Below, piece by piece: positions 19,402 through 29,349 of a DNA stretch of 64,000 bases. Source of the DNA: an uncultured Candidatus Competibacteraceae bacterium. GTDB taxonomy: Bacteria > Bacteroidota > Bacteroidia > CAIKAF01. The position numbers and the translations under genes were made by a program. Location of the stretch: the NCBI GenBank assembly GCA_964545365.1, contig CAZJFM010000003.1, positions 427 to 64,426 of the forward strand, in the 5' to 3' direction. How positions within the stretch are numbered: position 1 is the stretch's first letter; the number at the start of each line of letters is the position of its first letter. A model generated the notes under the pieces. The model was not told the origin of the DNA. It was given only the letters and a program-made list of their open reading frames with translations, and did no database searches.

Positions 19402-20757
19402 TTACCTACGGTTGCCTGTAAAGTGCATGCGTTTGCCGGGAAGTGCATGGGTGATTTGCTCCCCGTCGTATACTTGGGTTCCATTGACCCAGGTTCCGGC
19501 AATACGGTGTCTGAACCACTGTCCTTCGAGTGGGCTCCAGCCGCAGTGGTAAAGGAGATTGCGCCTGGTTACTTGCCAGGTAGATTCGGGTTCAATAAGC
19601 ACGATATCGGCAAAATATCCGGGTTCTAGAAATCCTCGGTCTACTACGCCAAACAAGCGGGCCGGGTTATGGCACATTTTCTGGACGATTTTTTCAGGGC
19701 TTATCCATCCATCCAGGCTCATTTCCAGCATGGCTACCAAGTTGTGTTGTACCAGTGGACCTCCGCTTGGGCATTCGAAATAGGGCTGTTTTTTTTCGTT
19801 TAGGGTGTGAGGTGCATGGTCGGTGGCCACTACGTCTATTCGGTCCATTACCAAGGCTTCTCTAATGGCTGCTCTGTCTTCAAAGCTTTTTACGGCGGGG
19901 TTCCATTTAATGAATGATCCTCGGCTGTGGTATTCTGTGTCAGTAAACCAAAGGTGGTGTAGGCAGGCTTCGGAGGTTATGCGCTTTTTTTCCAAGGGTC
20001 CTGCCTCAAAAAGTTGGGTTTCTTTTGCGGTAGAAATATGAAGGATATGGATACGAGTGCCAAATTTTGATGCCATTTCTACTGCCAGGGAAGAGGAGCG
20101 GTAGCAGGCTTCCGTATCCCGGATTTCGGGGTGGATGGACATTGGGGCCTTTTCTCCGAATTTCTGTTTAAAATCCGCGGTTCGCTCTCGAATACGTTGT
20201 TCGTCTTCGCAATGCAAGGCAATAATGCCGGGGAACTCCTTAAAAACGGCCTCCAGCGTATCTTTATTGTCCACGAGCATATTGCCGGTAGAGGCACCCA
20301 TAAAAATTTTAAGTCCACAAATTTGGTCCAGGTCGGTTTTTAGAATTTCGGCCAGGTTGTCGTTGGACGTACCCATGTAAAAGGAATAATTGGCGGGAAG
20401 TCCTTCTGCGGCTTTGGCGTATTTCTGAGCCAGTAATTCCTGGCTAATTGCCGGAGGTTTTGTGTTGGGCATTTCCATAAATGAAGTGATGCCTCCGGCC
20501 ACGGCAGCGCGAGATTCGCTAAGCAGGTTGGCCTTATGGGTAAGTCCGGGTTCTCTAAAATGCACTTGGTCGTCAATTGCCCCCGGAAAAACCCACTTTC
20601 CTGAAGCATTTATGCGTTCGCAGTCTTGAGGAATGGAGTCTTCTTGGTATGGCCTGGGGAGAATTTTGGCTATTTTTTCGCCTTCAATAAGTATGTCGGC
20701 TTCGAGTCGACCTTTTTCAGAAAAAACCAGTCCACCTTGAATCAAACTTCGTTTCAT
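19402..20757 (-). CDS. pyrC: dihydroorotase-like cyclic amidohydrolase
   Basis: Metal-binding DDQVHFREPG near the N-terminus, and the ATDHAPH motif typical of dihydroorotase/allantoinase-type amidohydrolases. 451 aa. Confidence 0.7.
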   Translation of the reverse strand: MKRSLIQGGLVFSEKGRLEADILIEGEKIAKILPRPYQEDSIPQDCERINASGKWVFPGAIDDQVHFREPGLTHKANLLSESRAAVAGGITSFMEMPNTKPPAISQELLAQKYAKAAEGLPANYSFYMGTSNDNLAEILKTDLDQICGLKIFMGASTGNMLVDNKDTLEAVFKEFPGIIALHCEDEQRIRERTADFKQKFGEKAPMSIHPEIRDTEACYRSSSLAVEMASKFGTRIHILHISTAKETQLFEAGPLEKKRITSEACLHHLWFTDTEYHSRGSFIKWNPAVKSFEDRAAIREALVMDRIDVVATDHAPHTLNEKKQPYFECPSGGPLVQHNLVAMLEMSLDGWISPEKIVQKMCHNPARLFGVVDRGFLEPGYFADIVLIEPESTWQVTRRNLLYHCGWSPLEGQWFRHRIAGTWVNGTQVYDGEQITHALPGKRMHFTGNRR

Positions 20758-20762
20758 GGGCG

Positions 20763-21494
20763 CTATTTTTTGAGGTACTTTTTAATGTTGCTGAATTTTA
20801 AAGCGATTACTCCCCAGACCGCCTCCTTTATAATCCCTCCTGATATTTTGGAGCTGCCTTTTTGCCGGTCGGTAAAAATGATGGGTACTTCTTTGAGGCT
20901 AAAACCCAATTTCCAGGCTATGTATTTGAGTTCGATTTGAAACGCATAGCCTTTGAAACGGATGCGGTCGAGGCGGATAGACTCAAGCACCTTTCGGCGG
21001 TAGCATTTGAAGCCAGCCGTGGCATCTCTAACATTAAGTCCGGTGATTAATCGAACATACACCGAGGCATAATACGACATCAGAACGCGACCTATGGGCC
21101 AATTGACCACATTTACACCGGTTACATAGCGTGAGCCAATGGCAAGGTCGGCTCCTTGATTTCGGCAAGCCTCTAATAGTCGTTCTAAATCCTCAGGGTT
21201 GTGCGAAAAATCGCAATCCATTTCGAATATATAGTCTGCCCCGTGGTCTAATGCCCATTCAAAGCCTGCAATGTAGGCTTTTCCTAAGCCCTCTTTGCCT
21301 TTTCTACTGAGTAGGTGCAGGCGATTGGGATATTCTTGTTGAAGCAATTGAACTTGTTTTCCTGTTCCGTCCGGAGAATTGTCGTCAACTACCAACAATT
21401 CCAAACGGGAGGGGAGGCTCATGACCTTGTGCACCATCGCTTGGATGTTTTCGATCTCGTTGTAGGTAGGAATAATTACAAGGGCTTTACTCAA
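20763..21494 (-). CDS. GT2 glycosyltransferase, polyprenol-phosphate mannose/glucose synthase (Dpm1-like)
   Basis: IIPTYNE start, DDNSPDGT, and a DXD-like EMDCDFSH. 243 aa, as is typical for dolichyl-phosphate mannose-synthase-like enzymes. Confidence 0.85.
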   Translation of the reverse strand: MSKALVIIPTYNEIENIQAMVHKVMSLPSRLELLVVDDNSPDGTGKQVQLLQQEYPNRLHLLSRKGKEGLGKAYIAGFEWALDHGADYIFEMDCDFSHNPEDLERLLEACRNQGADLAIGSRYVTGVNVVNWPIGRVLMSYYASVYVRLITGLNVRDATAGFKCYRRKVLESIRLDRIRFKGYAFQIELKYIAWKLGFSLKEVPIIFTDRQKGSSKISGGIIKEAVWGVIALKFSNIKKYLKK

Positions 21495-21686
21495 GGTTTT
21501 TTTTTCAAAGATAGGACAGTAAAGATACTTCCGAAAGGGTTAATACAGGCGCATGATGGTTTCCTGTGTAAACTTCCTCTAAGCTGCCTTTACCGAAGGC
21601 GTTTGTATGAAGCAATGGATAAAAGAATGTAAGGAACGAACAGCCAAAGCTTGGTATCGGCAAGATTTTTGTAGTTATTTTGCGGT

Positions 21687-22109
21687 ATGAGATGCGTATT
21701 CCTTATTGGTGTTTTTTGGGCTCCTTTAGTATTCCTTTCTGCTCAGACCTCTCGCTCTTTGGAAGCAGACAGTGGAGTGGTTCAGGAGCATTGGGAACCC
21801 GGTCTACAGAGCCAATATATGCAATGGCTAGAGGCTCGAAAAAAAGAAAAGACCAAAGGCTTTAGGGTGCAATTGGTCAGTTTAAATGGTGCCGAAGCTC
21901 GGGAAGAATTGCAGCGTCTGCGCAAACAGTTTTTACAAGTTTATCCCGATTGGCCTATTTACGAAAAATGGGAAGCGCCAAATTGGAAATTAAGGGTAGG
22001 CGATTTTAGTACGGCATTAGACGCAACGCTATTTCGCCAACAAGTAAAAGGGTTGTTTCCTCAGGCCTATGTAGTTATTGATGACGTAAAGCCTTGGGTG
22101 GAACCGTGA
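21687..22109 (+). CDS. SPOR domain-containing secreted protein
   Basis: Signal peptide. C-terminal SPOR-like segment GFRVQLVSLNGAEAREELQRLRKQF...WKLRVGDFSTALDATLFRQQVKGLFPQAYVV. Confidence 0.6.
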   Translation: MRCVFLIGVFWAPLVFLSAQTSRSLEADSGVVQEHWEPGLQSQYMQWLEARKKEKTKGFRVQLVSLNGAEAREELQRLRKQFLQVYPDWPIYEKWEAPNWKLRVGDFSTALDATLFRQQVKGLFPQAYVVIDDVKPWVEP

Positions 22110-22696
22110 AAAAGCCCGGCAGGCAAAGCATAGGACTGTATTTTGGCACCTTTAATCCGGTGCATATCGGGCATATGGCAGTGGCCAATTATATGGTGAG
22201 CTATGCCAACCTAGATGCGCTTTGGTTTGTAATAACCCCTCAAAGTCCGTTCAAACAAAAGCAATCTATGCTTCCGGATCGCCAACGCCTGGAATTGGTG
22301 CACCGGGCCATTGGTGACGATTTGCGCTTTAAGGCCTCCGACATCGAATTTAACTTGCCGCAGCCCAACTACACGGCATATACCATTAAAACGCTCCTCG
22401 AGAAGTTTCCGGACAAAGCCTTTGCCCTTATTATGGGTGAAGATAATTTGGCCGGATTTGATCGCTGGAAAAATTACGAGTATTTGCTTAAATATACCGA
22501 ACTGGTAGTTTATCCGCGCCCGGGTTTTGACGCCGGAAAATGGAAAGAGCATGCTTCTGTGCGTTTGGTAGAAGCACCTCAAATAGAAGTGTCAAGCAGT
22601 TTTATACGCGCCGGCATTAAGGCAGGAAAAGACTTGCGCCATTTTATGCCTGAGGCTGCTTGGTCTTATGCCGAAGAAATGGGGTTTTATCGATGA
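22094..22696 (+). CDS. nadD: nicotinate-nucleotide adenylyltransferase
   Basis: GTFNPVHIGH, which is the (H/T)xGH nucleotidyltransferase motif. ~200 aa. The 5' end overlaps the SPOR gene by 16 nt. The exact start is uncertain (the first codon at 22094 is GTG, and the first in-frame ATG is at 22169). Confidence 0.88.
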   Translation: MGGTVKKPGRQSIGLYFGTFNPVHIGHMAVANYMVSYANLDALWFVITPQSPFKQKQSMLPDRQRLELVHRAIGDDLRFKASDIEFNLPQPNYTAYTIKTLLEKFPDKAFALIMGEDNLAGFDRWKNYEYLLKYTELVVYPRPGFDAGKWKEHASVRLVEAPQIEVSSSFIRAGIKAGKDLRHFMPEAAWSYAEEMGFYR

Positions 22697-22778
22697 GTCT
22701 TTTGTGTGAAGTAATCTTTCCCTTACCTGTCTGTTTTAGTAAATAAAACTATATTTGTTATAGACATTATTTTGCGTC

Positions 22779-23462
22779 ATGAAATACGTACCTATAGCCT
22801 TAATTTTTTCCTCTTTCGTTCTTTTCTTCGCCTCTTGCGATGACAGCGAGGCCGTTTGTGAGAAAAACTGGTTCATTCTTCAACGGAACACTTCTTCTAA
22901 AATCGAGGTAGACACCACGAAAAACCAGCTTAGTATGCAAGTGGACGACGCCTCAGGCATGGTGGCCGAAGTGTACCAAACCACCGTTAGCGGTGACTTT
23001 AATTTTTTGACCGACTTCTCCAACTTCAGCGCGCCCAACAATGCGGACTCTTTGGCTTTTGCCGGTCTGGTGCTTTACGACCCAACGGTACCCGATACCA
23101 TTTTGGATACTTCCATTGTAATGGCGGCCATTATGAATAACCGGCTTATGGCTGTGGCAACGGTCACCGATACCGTATATACGCAAACCAATTCCATTGA
23201 CGGTCAATTTAGTGTGCGTCGCACAGGAAATACCATCCGTGTGCGTGCCATATCCGGTTTAGATACCGCTCAAATTATTCGCAATTACCGAGCGCGTCCT
23301 ACCCGCATCGGTTTTAGGTTCGGAACCTTGGACTCGCTCTCTGTTTCACCCGGTCTTTTAGGCATCAAAATCGACAAATTCGAGGTGATTTCAGGGGGGC
23401 AAGGTATTGCACCCATCGTCTCCGACGATTTTATTTGCAACTCTACCGGCAAAATCGAATAA
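22779..23462 (+). CDS. hypothetical lipoprotein
   Basis: Signal peptide with a lipobox-like FASCDD. Confidence 0.55.
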   Translation: MKYVPIALIFSSFVLFFASCDDSEAVCEKNWFILQRNTSSKIEVDTTKNQLSMQVDDASGMVAEVYQTTVSGDFNFLTDFSNFSAPNNADSLAFAGLVLYDPTVPDTILDTSIVMAAIMNNRLMAVATVTDTVYTQTNSIDGQFSVRRTGNTIRVRAISGLDTAQIIRNYRARPTRIGFRFGTLDSLSVSPGLLGIKIDKFEVISGGQGIAPIVSDDFICNSTGKIE

Positions 23463-23466
23463 TAAT

Positions 23467-24450
23467 TCAACGTATCATCAGGTTGCAACCACGCAATTCG
23501 GATGCATCGAATCGGCCAAGTACTTCTACTTGGCCTTTTTTATGCTGTCTCCCCAAATCTTGGGTAGCAATAAAACAACAGCTATGAATGTTCGCTAAGT
23601 CAATTACATTAATTCCCCCCGAAGAAACGCCGTAATGGAAAGGGTCACCCGGATCTCTTAACACCAGTTTCATCCAAGGAGGACATTCAAAATACCCCTC
23701 TTTTTTTGCGTAAGCTTGAGACAAAAGCTCCGTCATGCCATACTCCGACCAAACTTCGCGTACATGAAAAGCCTGCTTTAGTTTTTCGTGCAAGGCTTCG
23801 CGAATGAGTTCTTTGCGTCTGCCTTTCATGCCTCCCGTTTCCATAATTCGGAGCCAGGGCAAAGGCATGGGGTGTGCTTCGGCCCAATCCAGGAGGGCAA
23901 AGCTGACTCCTATAATAATATGAGGGACTTGTTGGGTATGCAGTTGGTGCACATGGTGCAAAAACTGAGCATTGGCTTCGGGGTAAAAACCACTGGCCGC
24001 ATGCCCACTCCTTCGGATCAATTCAGAGGCCATATACAGCAAGCTGGCACGGGGTCTTTCCATGTAGCTGGGTAGCAAGGCCAAAATGGCCATATCTTCG
24101 GGCTTGCCAACAAACCGCTCAAAGGCAGTCATAAAGGATTGGTCATAGATTTCCGGCGTGCGCACAAAATGGCAGCTTGGAGTTTGGTCGGTGGTACCAC
24201 TGCTTTCAAACCAAAGCTCAGGGCGCGGGCCGCTATCAAATACCTCATGCACCCGAAAGCATTCAATCGGCAAAAAAGGGATTTCATGGCTATGTTGAAT
24301 GGTGTCCGAAGATATATTTAGGGCCCGCAGAAAGTCGGCATATACGGGAACATGGTGTGCTTGGTACCGAAAAGCTTCCATGCACAAAGCTTCAAAGTCG
24401 TCCTCACATTCAATAGCAAAGATTCGTTCTTGATATCCCTGAAGCGTCAT
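23467..24450 (-). CDS. LuxE/PaaK-like adenylate-forming acyl-protein synthetase family protein
   Basis: 327 aa. SSGTTDQ resembles the SSGTTG AMP-binding motif of LuxE-type acyl-protein synthetases. Assignment is tentative. Confidence 0.45.
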   Translation of the reverse strand: MTLQGYQERIFAIECEDDFEALCMEAFRYQAHHVPVYADFLRALNISSDTIQHSHEIPFLPIECFRVHEVFDSGPRPELWFESSGTTDQTPSCHFVRTPEIYDQSFMTAFERFVGKPEDMAILALLPSYMERPRASLLYMASELIRRSGHAASGFYPEANAQFLHHVHQLHTQQVPHIIIGVSFALLDWAEAHPMPLPWLRIMETGGMKGRRKELIREALHEKLKQAFHVREVWSEYGMTELLSQAYAKKEGYFECPPWMKLVLRDPGDPFHYGVSSGGINVIDLANIHSCCFIATQDLGRQHKKGQVEVLGRFDASELRGCNLMIR

Positions 24451-24523
24451 AGGGCAAAGGTAGGTTTAGAATGTCAGCCGCAATAAGTCTATGCTAGAAT
24501 TTCATTAGAAAACGAATCGGCAT

Positions 24524-24546
24524 AAAAAAACCCCGGTGGTCCGGGG
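24524..24546 (-). terminator. rho-independent terminator (CCCCGG-ACCA-CCGGGG followed by U7 on the minus strand)
   Basis: Perfect 6-bp GC stem with a 4-nt loop, followed by a T7 run on the minus strand. It lies 34 nt downstream of the stop of the acidic small ORF. Confidence 0.7.
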
Positions 24547-24579
24547 TATTCAAATTTCAAAAGCTATGTTGGGACAGCA

Positions 24580-24822
24580 CTACACCAAATCTTCGTCGTC
24601 GTAGGTGTCCAAGTCGTCCAAATCCTCGTCCTCTTCATCCAGGAAATCCAGGTCGTCATCGTCAAAGTCAAAGTCGTCAAAGTCTTCGTCTTCGTCTTCA
24701 GGTTCGCCTGAAAAGCCTTTGAACATTAGAGGTAGAGGCTGGCCGTGCAAAATGCCTAGAAGCTCTTCTAAGCCATAGCTGCGGCAAGTGTGTAACTCGT
24801 GATTCATTTGGTTTGCTTTCAA
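24580..24822 (-). CDS. small protein with an extreme poly-acidic C-terminal tail (D/E-rich)
   Basis: 80 aa. The C-terminal 45 residues are almost entirely D/E with interspersed F/L (EDEDEDFDDFDFDDDDLDFLDEEDEDLDDLD). Followed by a strong terminator. No family recognised. Confidence 0.5.
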   Translation of the reverse strand: MKANQMNHELHTCRSYGLEELLGILHGQPLPLMFKGFSGEPEDEDEDFDDFDFDDDDLDFLDEEDEDLDDLDTYDDEDLV

Positions 24823-25091
24823 TCTTCAGCTGTTTGAAGTCCTACAAATTTACGCCCTGGACACTCATTTTTTTCATGTGAAATGTTTTTTTTCTTGATT
24901 TTTTTTTGCCCTTAATCCTTAACATGACGCCGGTAAGGTTTTTGATGGTGATTTTTTTTCTTTTGTCTCCCCTTGCTTTCCTGTAAGGTCTTTGTTAATA
25001 ATGACTTTCGCGGGCTTATATTTAAAGGAATGTTAACATTGCCTTGCTCAAAAATGCCCTTTCTTTGCGGTGAATTAATGAAAGAAATGGC

Positions 25092-25787
25092 ATGGATAAT
25101 GCATCGTTTCGTATTTTACTCGTCGACGACGAACCCGATATCCTCGAATTTATAGGCTTTAATCTTCAAAACGAAGGCTATAAGGTGGTTTCTTCTACCA
25201 ACGGAAGGGAAGCCATAGAAGAGGCCAAACGATTTCAACCCCACCTCATTGTGCTCGATGTTATGATGCCGGACCTTGATGGCATTGAAACGTGCCGACT
25301 CATACGCAGCCAACCCGGGTTGGAGCATACCCTAATTGCCTTTTTAACAGCGCGTGGCGAAGATTACTCTCAAATTGCCGGATTCGATGCCGGTGCCGAT
25401 GACTACATTACCAAGCCCATTAAACCGCGGGTGCTTATCTCGCGTGTGAATGCCTTGCTCAGAAGGCTTAAAGCAGACCCCGAGGAGCTCGCCGCCACCA
25501 ACGACCGCATAACCTTAGGTAATTTGGTCATTGATAGAGGTGCTTATGTCGTTGAGTTGGCCGGAAAGGCCTTTCAACTGCCCAAAAAAGAATTTGAATT
25601 GTTATCCCTCCTTGCTTCCAAACCTGGAAAGGTCTTTAGCCGCGAAAAAATTCTGCGAAAAGTTTGGGGCGACCAAGTAGTCGTAGGAGACCGCACCATA
25701 GACGTGCACATCCGAAAGCTCCGCGAAAAAATTGGCGACCCATACATCCGCACCGTTAAAGGAGTAGGCTATAAGTTTGAATTTTAA
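25092..25787 (+). CDS. two-component response regulator, OmpR/PhoB family (REC + winged-helix)
   Basis: ILLVDDEPDI and LDVMMPDLDG (the phospho-acceptor Asp), with a C-terminal trans_reg_C region (VHIRKLREKIG). Confidence 0.93.
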   Translation: MDNASFRILLVDDEPDILEFIGFNLQNEGYKVVSSTNGREAIEEAKRFQPHLIVLDVMMPDLDGIETCRLIRSQPGLEHTLIAFLTARGEDYSQIAGFDAGADDYITKPIKPRVLISRVNALLRRLKADPEELAATNDRITLGNLVIDRGAYVVELAGKAFQLPKKEFELLSLLASKPGKVFSREKILRKVWGDQVVVGDRTIDVHIRKLREKIGDPYIRTVKGVGYKFEF

Positions 25788-25807
25788 TTGCTGCTACCTT
25801 TGCAGCC

Positions 25808-26869
25808 ATGAAGCACGCCACCACCAAACAACTGGCCGTTTATGTGGCCGTAATTTCGGGGCTCGGCTTAAGCGGTATTTTGCTCCTGTTTTTGTTTCTT
25901 TTCCCAAAAACATCTCCCTGGCTTTTAGTGCCACCCTTGGCTATCGGACTCAGTGCGTTGCTCTACCTTTTGGTGCTGTTTACCCTAGAACGCTTTCTGT
26001 ATCGAAAAATTAAATTGGTGTATAAAACCATTCACCAACTCAAAGCCAAGCAGCCCGGAAGCACCCTCAAAGAGCGCATTCGAGTGGGGGGCGATGTAAT
26101 TGGTGATGTACACAACGAAGTGCTCGATTGGGCACGTACCAAAAGCACCGAAATAGAAGAACTGCAACGCATGGAACAGTTTCGACGCGATTTCATTGGC
26201 AACCTTTCCCATGAACTTAAAACCCCCATTTTTAATATTCAAGGGTATATCTCTACCTTAATCGATGGAGGGGTAAAGCAGCCCGAAATCGCAGAAAAAT
26301 ACCTCATCAACGCCGAACGTAATGTGGAGCGCATGATTTCTCTGGTTGAGGACCTCGACACCATTTATAAATTGGAGTCCGGTCGGATAACCATGGAACA
26401 CGACAAGGTTGACCTGCTTGCCCTCGTTGCAGAAGTCATGGAAATGCTCGAGCTAAAAGCCCTCAACAAAGGCATTCAACTGGAATTCAAAGACAATTAC
26501 CCCAACCCCATTTGGGTCAGCGCAGACAGAGACGCCATTCGTCAGGTATACACCAACCTCATGGTCAATTCCATAGTTTACGGCAAAGAAAAGGGGCACA
26601 CCCGCATGTCTTTTTACGACATGGACGAAGTAATCCTCTGCGAAGTCAGCGACGACGGCCCGGGCATCGAAGAAAAGCACCTCAAAAGACTCTTTGAACG
26701 TTTCTATCGCGTCGACAAAAGCCGCAGTCGCCACCAAGGCGGCACCGGCTTGGGCCTCAGCATTGTAAAACACATTTTGGAAGCGCATGGCCAGTCCATT
26801 CACGTCCGCTCCCTGGTAGGCAAAGGCTCCACCTTTTCCTTTACCCTGCCCAAATGGGACGGGGTTTAA
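25808..26869 (+). CDS. sensor histidine kinase (two TM helices, HisKA + HATPase_c)
   Basis: H-box FIGNLSHELKTP, plus G1/G2 boxes DDGPGI and GGTGLGLSIV. Two N-terminal TM segments. Immediately downstream of the response regulator. Confidence 0.93.
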   Translation: MKHATTKQLAVYVAVISGLGLSGILLLFLFLFPKTSPWLLVPPLAIGLSALLYLLVLFTLERFLYRKIKLVYKTIHQLKAKQPGSTLKERIRVGGDVIGDVHNEVLDWARTKSTEIEELQRMEQFRRDFIGNLSHELKTPIFNIQGYISTLIDGGVKQPEIAEKYLINAERNVERMISLVEDLDTIYKLESGRITMEHDKVDLLALVAEVMEMLELKALNKGIQLEFKDNYPNPIWVSADRDAIRQVYTNLMVNSIVYGKEKGHTRMSFYDMDEVILCEVSDDGPGIEEKHLKRLFERFYRVDKSRSRHQGGTGLGLSIVKHILEAHGQSIHVRSLVGKGSTFSFTLPKWDGV

Positions 26870-26874
26870 AAGGG

Positions 26875-27290
26875 TATTTGGCGGCCTATTCCCTCTCCGG
26901 CGGGTAGTCCTCGGTCCCCTGCCAAGGGGCTGTAGGCCGTGCCGGGGCTCCCAAGGTCGCCGCGGCCGTCCAACAGCCCCTAGGCAGCGTTCCTGTGGGC
27001 TACCCTGCCTCCGCGGGGGCCGGTGCCCATAGGGCATTCAAGCCAATCAAACAGGCTTCCAGACCCTTCATGCCTTGCGTTTTCAAGACGTAGTTCCTGA
27101 CTCGAAGATCCTGACTCGAAGCATCAGTACGTAGCGTCAGATTTTTTAATCCTGACTCACGGATGCTGACCCATAGCGTCAGCACGAAGCGTCAGGTTTT
27201 TAATCCTGACCGCAGCCTCAGGTTTTTAATCCTGACCGAAGCGTCAGGAACAGAATCCCCGCAAGAATAGCAATGCCTTAACGGCATCAA
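26875..27290. repeat. intergenic repeat cluster: a GC-rich palindromic segment plus a tandem array of degenerate CCTGAC...GTCAGG hairpin units, each followed by TTTTTAAT
   Basis: 27079-27250 holds about 5 degenerate hairpin units (tcctgactcgaag..., atcctgactcacgg..gcgtcag, gcgtcaggtttttaatcctgaccgcagcctcaggtttttaatcctgaccgaagcgtcagg). Spurious ORFs 26453..27037 and 27000..27185 lie inside it. Confidence 0.8.
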
Positions 27291-27377
27291 AGCCTATTTT
27301 TTGCCTCCCAATCGGTCTACCTTCCAAGCTTCCTTAGGTCTTATGATTCTTTGTTACCTTTGGGCAAAATTTTTGCG

Positions 27378-28604
27378 ATGCTCAATCTGCTCAAAACCTT
27401 TGAAAACAAGCCGCCCGAAATTGTATTTGAATGGCAGGATGCGGAAACCGAAGCCAAAGGTTGGGTGGTCATCAATTCCCTAAGGGGTGGAGCTGCCGGT
27501 GGTGGCACCCGCATGCGCAAAGGCCTCGACAGGCGAGAAGTAGAGTCCTTGGCCAAAACCATGGAAATAAAATTCAGCGTTTCAGGTCCTCCCATTGGTG
27601 GAGCCAAGTCGGGCATAGATTTTGACCCCAACGACCCCCGAAAAACCGATGTGCTGCGCCGTTGGTATAAAGCCGTAATGCCGCTGCTAAAAAGTTATTA
27701 CGGTACCGGTGGTGACCTCAATGTCGACGAAATCCACGAAGTGATTCCCATTACCGAAGACCTGGGGCTCTGGCACCCCCAAGAAGGCGTAGTTAACGGA
27801 CATTTTATACCCCGCGAAAACGAAAAAATCCACAAAGTAGGTCAGCTCCGGTTTGGCGTTTCTAAAATTGTGGAGGATGTCCGGTACACCCCAAACCCCA
27901 TACGCAAATACGTGGTTGCCGACCTAATTACCGGTTACGGCGTGGCAGAATCCGTTAGGCATTTCTACAAGCTGTGGAACACCGAACTGGAAGGTAAACG
28001 GGCCATTATTCAAGGTTGGGGCAATGTGGCCTCTGCGGCAGCTTACTACCTTGCCCAAAATGGGGTGCGTATTGTGGGTATTTTGGATCGAGAAGGGGGC
28101 ATTATGCGTCCGGAAGGCATTTCTTTTAACGAGGTAAGGCAGCTTTTCCTCGACAAAAAGAGCAACAAATTGGTGGCCCAAGACCTACAATCCTTCGACG
28201 AAGTCAACGCGGCCATTTGGGATATGGATGCCGAAATCTTTATTCCGGCTGCCGCCTCAAGATTGGTTACCCGCGACCAATGCGAGCGCATGATGGCCAA
28301 AGGCCTGGAAGTAATTAGCGCCGGTGCCAATGTGCCTTTTGCCGATTCCGAAATATTTTTTGGCCCCATTGCCGAGTATGTCGACAATAAAGTAGCCCTT
28401 ATTCCTGACTTTATTGCCAATTGCGGTATGGCCCGTGTCTTTGCTTTCCTTATGGAAGAAAATCCGGACATTAGCGATTCCGGTATCTTTAAAGACGTTA
28501 GTACCACCATCGAAAAAGCACTTGAGGCCGTTCGTAAGCGACAGGCCGAACCCAATAAAATTGCCCAAACAGCCTTCACTATTGCTTTAGATCAATTGCT
28601 TTAA
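27378..28604 (+). CDS. Glu/Leu/Phe/Val dehydrogenase family protein (GDH-like)
   Basis: Gly-rich catalytic motifs GGAAGGGTRM and PIGGAKSG, matching the GGGK-type Lys motif. C-terminal Rossmann GWGNVASAAAY. The likely start is ATG 27378, because the ORF's first codon at 27351 is TTG. Confidence 0.65.
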   Translation: MLNLLKTFENKPPEIVFEWQDAETEAKGWVVINSLRGGAAGGGTRMRKGLDRREVESLAKTMEIKFSVSGPPIGGAKSGIDFDPNDPRKTDVLRRWYKAVMPLLKSYYGTGGDLNVDEIHEVIPITEDLGLWHPQEGVVNGHFIPRENEKIHKVGQLRFGVSKIVEDVRYTPNPIRKYVVADLITGYGVAESVRHFYKLWNTELEGKRAIIQGWGNVASAAAYYLAQNGVRIVGILDREGGIMRPEGISFNEVRQLFLDKKSNKLVAQDLQSFDEVNAAIWDMDAEIFIPAAASRLVTRDQCERMMAKGLEVISAGANVPFADSEIFFGPIAEYVDNKVALIPDFIANCGMARVFAFLMEENPDISDSGIFKDVSTTIEKALEAVRKRQAEPNKIAQTAFTIALDQLL

Positions 28605-28641
28605 TGCAATAAACCTGGGATTAACCTAGTTATACAAACTC

Positions 28642-29349
28642 ATGAGCCTACTTCTTCAAATTGTGCAAACCGGCGGAGATACCGCCCAAGCCGGCGAGCT
28701 TATGCCTCCACTGGCCAACGCGCCCGAAAAAACATTATCGGTATTGGAGCTCGCCCTCAAAGGCGGTTGGATTATGATTCCCTTGCTGCTTATGAGCGTA
28801 ATTGCGGTCTACATTTTTGTAGAACGCTTGCTTACCATACGTAAGGCCGGTAAAGAGGATGCCAATTTTATGAACAACATCCGCGACTGCATTACCACAG
28901 GACGCATTGAAGCGGCTCAAACTCTTTGCAGAAATACCAACTCTCCGGTAGCTCGCATGCTTGAGAAAGGAATTAGCCGCATCGGTCGTCCCTTGCAAGA
29001 TATTTCTGCTTCCATCGAAAATACCGGCAAATTGGAAGTGTATCGACTGGAAAAAAGTGTGGCCTTAATTGCCACTATTGCAGGCGCGGCTCCCATGCTT
29101 GGTTTCCTCGGAACCGTAATTGGAATGATTAAAGCCTTTTTTAATATGGCCAACTCCGACCAAGGAGTCGTTATTTCTGCCTTAGCCGGCGGAATTTACG
29201 AGGCTATGGTCACCACCGTGGCCGGACTCATTGTGGGTATCATTGCCTTTATTTGCTACAATATTGTGGTGGCAAGCATCGAAAAGGTGATTTATAAAAT
29301 GGAGGCCCGTTCCATAGAATTCCTCGATCTGCTAAACGAACCGGCATGA
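28642..29349 (+). CDS. exbB: MotA/TolQ/ExbB proton-channel family protein
   Basis: Three TM helices and the conserved topology of ExbB/TolQ (GWIMIPLLLMSVIAVYIFVER). Directly followed by exbD. Confidence 0.88.
   Translation: MSLLLQIVQTGGDTAQAGELMPPLANAPEKTLSVLELALKGGWIMIPLLLMSVIAVYIFVERLLTIRKAGKEDANFMNNIRDCITTGRIEAAQTLCRNTNSPVARMLEKGISRIGRPLQDISASIENTGKLEVYRLEKSVALIATIAGAAPMLGFLGTVIGMIKAFFNMANSDQGVVISALAGGIYEAMVTTVAGLIVGIIAFICYNIVVASIEKVIYKMEARSIEFLDLLNEPA

Noticed and set aside
26453-27185. 194-aa minus-strand ORF antisense to the histidine kinase 3' end and the repeat cluster
   Set aside because: It overlaps a strongly supported sensor kinase gene on the other strand and extends into repeats. 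The translation is Pro/Arg/Gly-rich.
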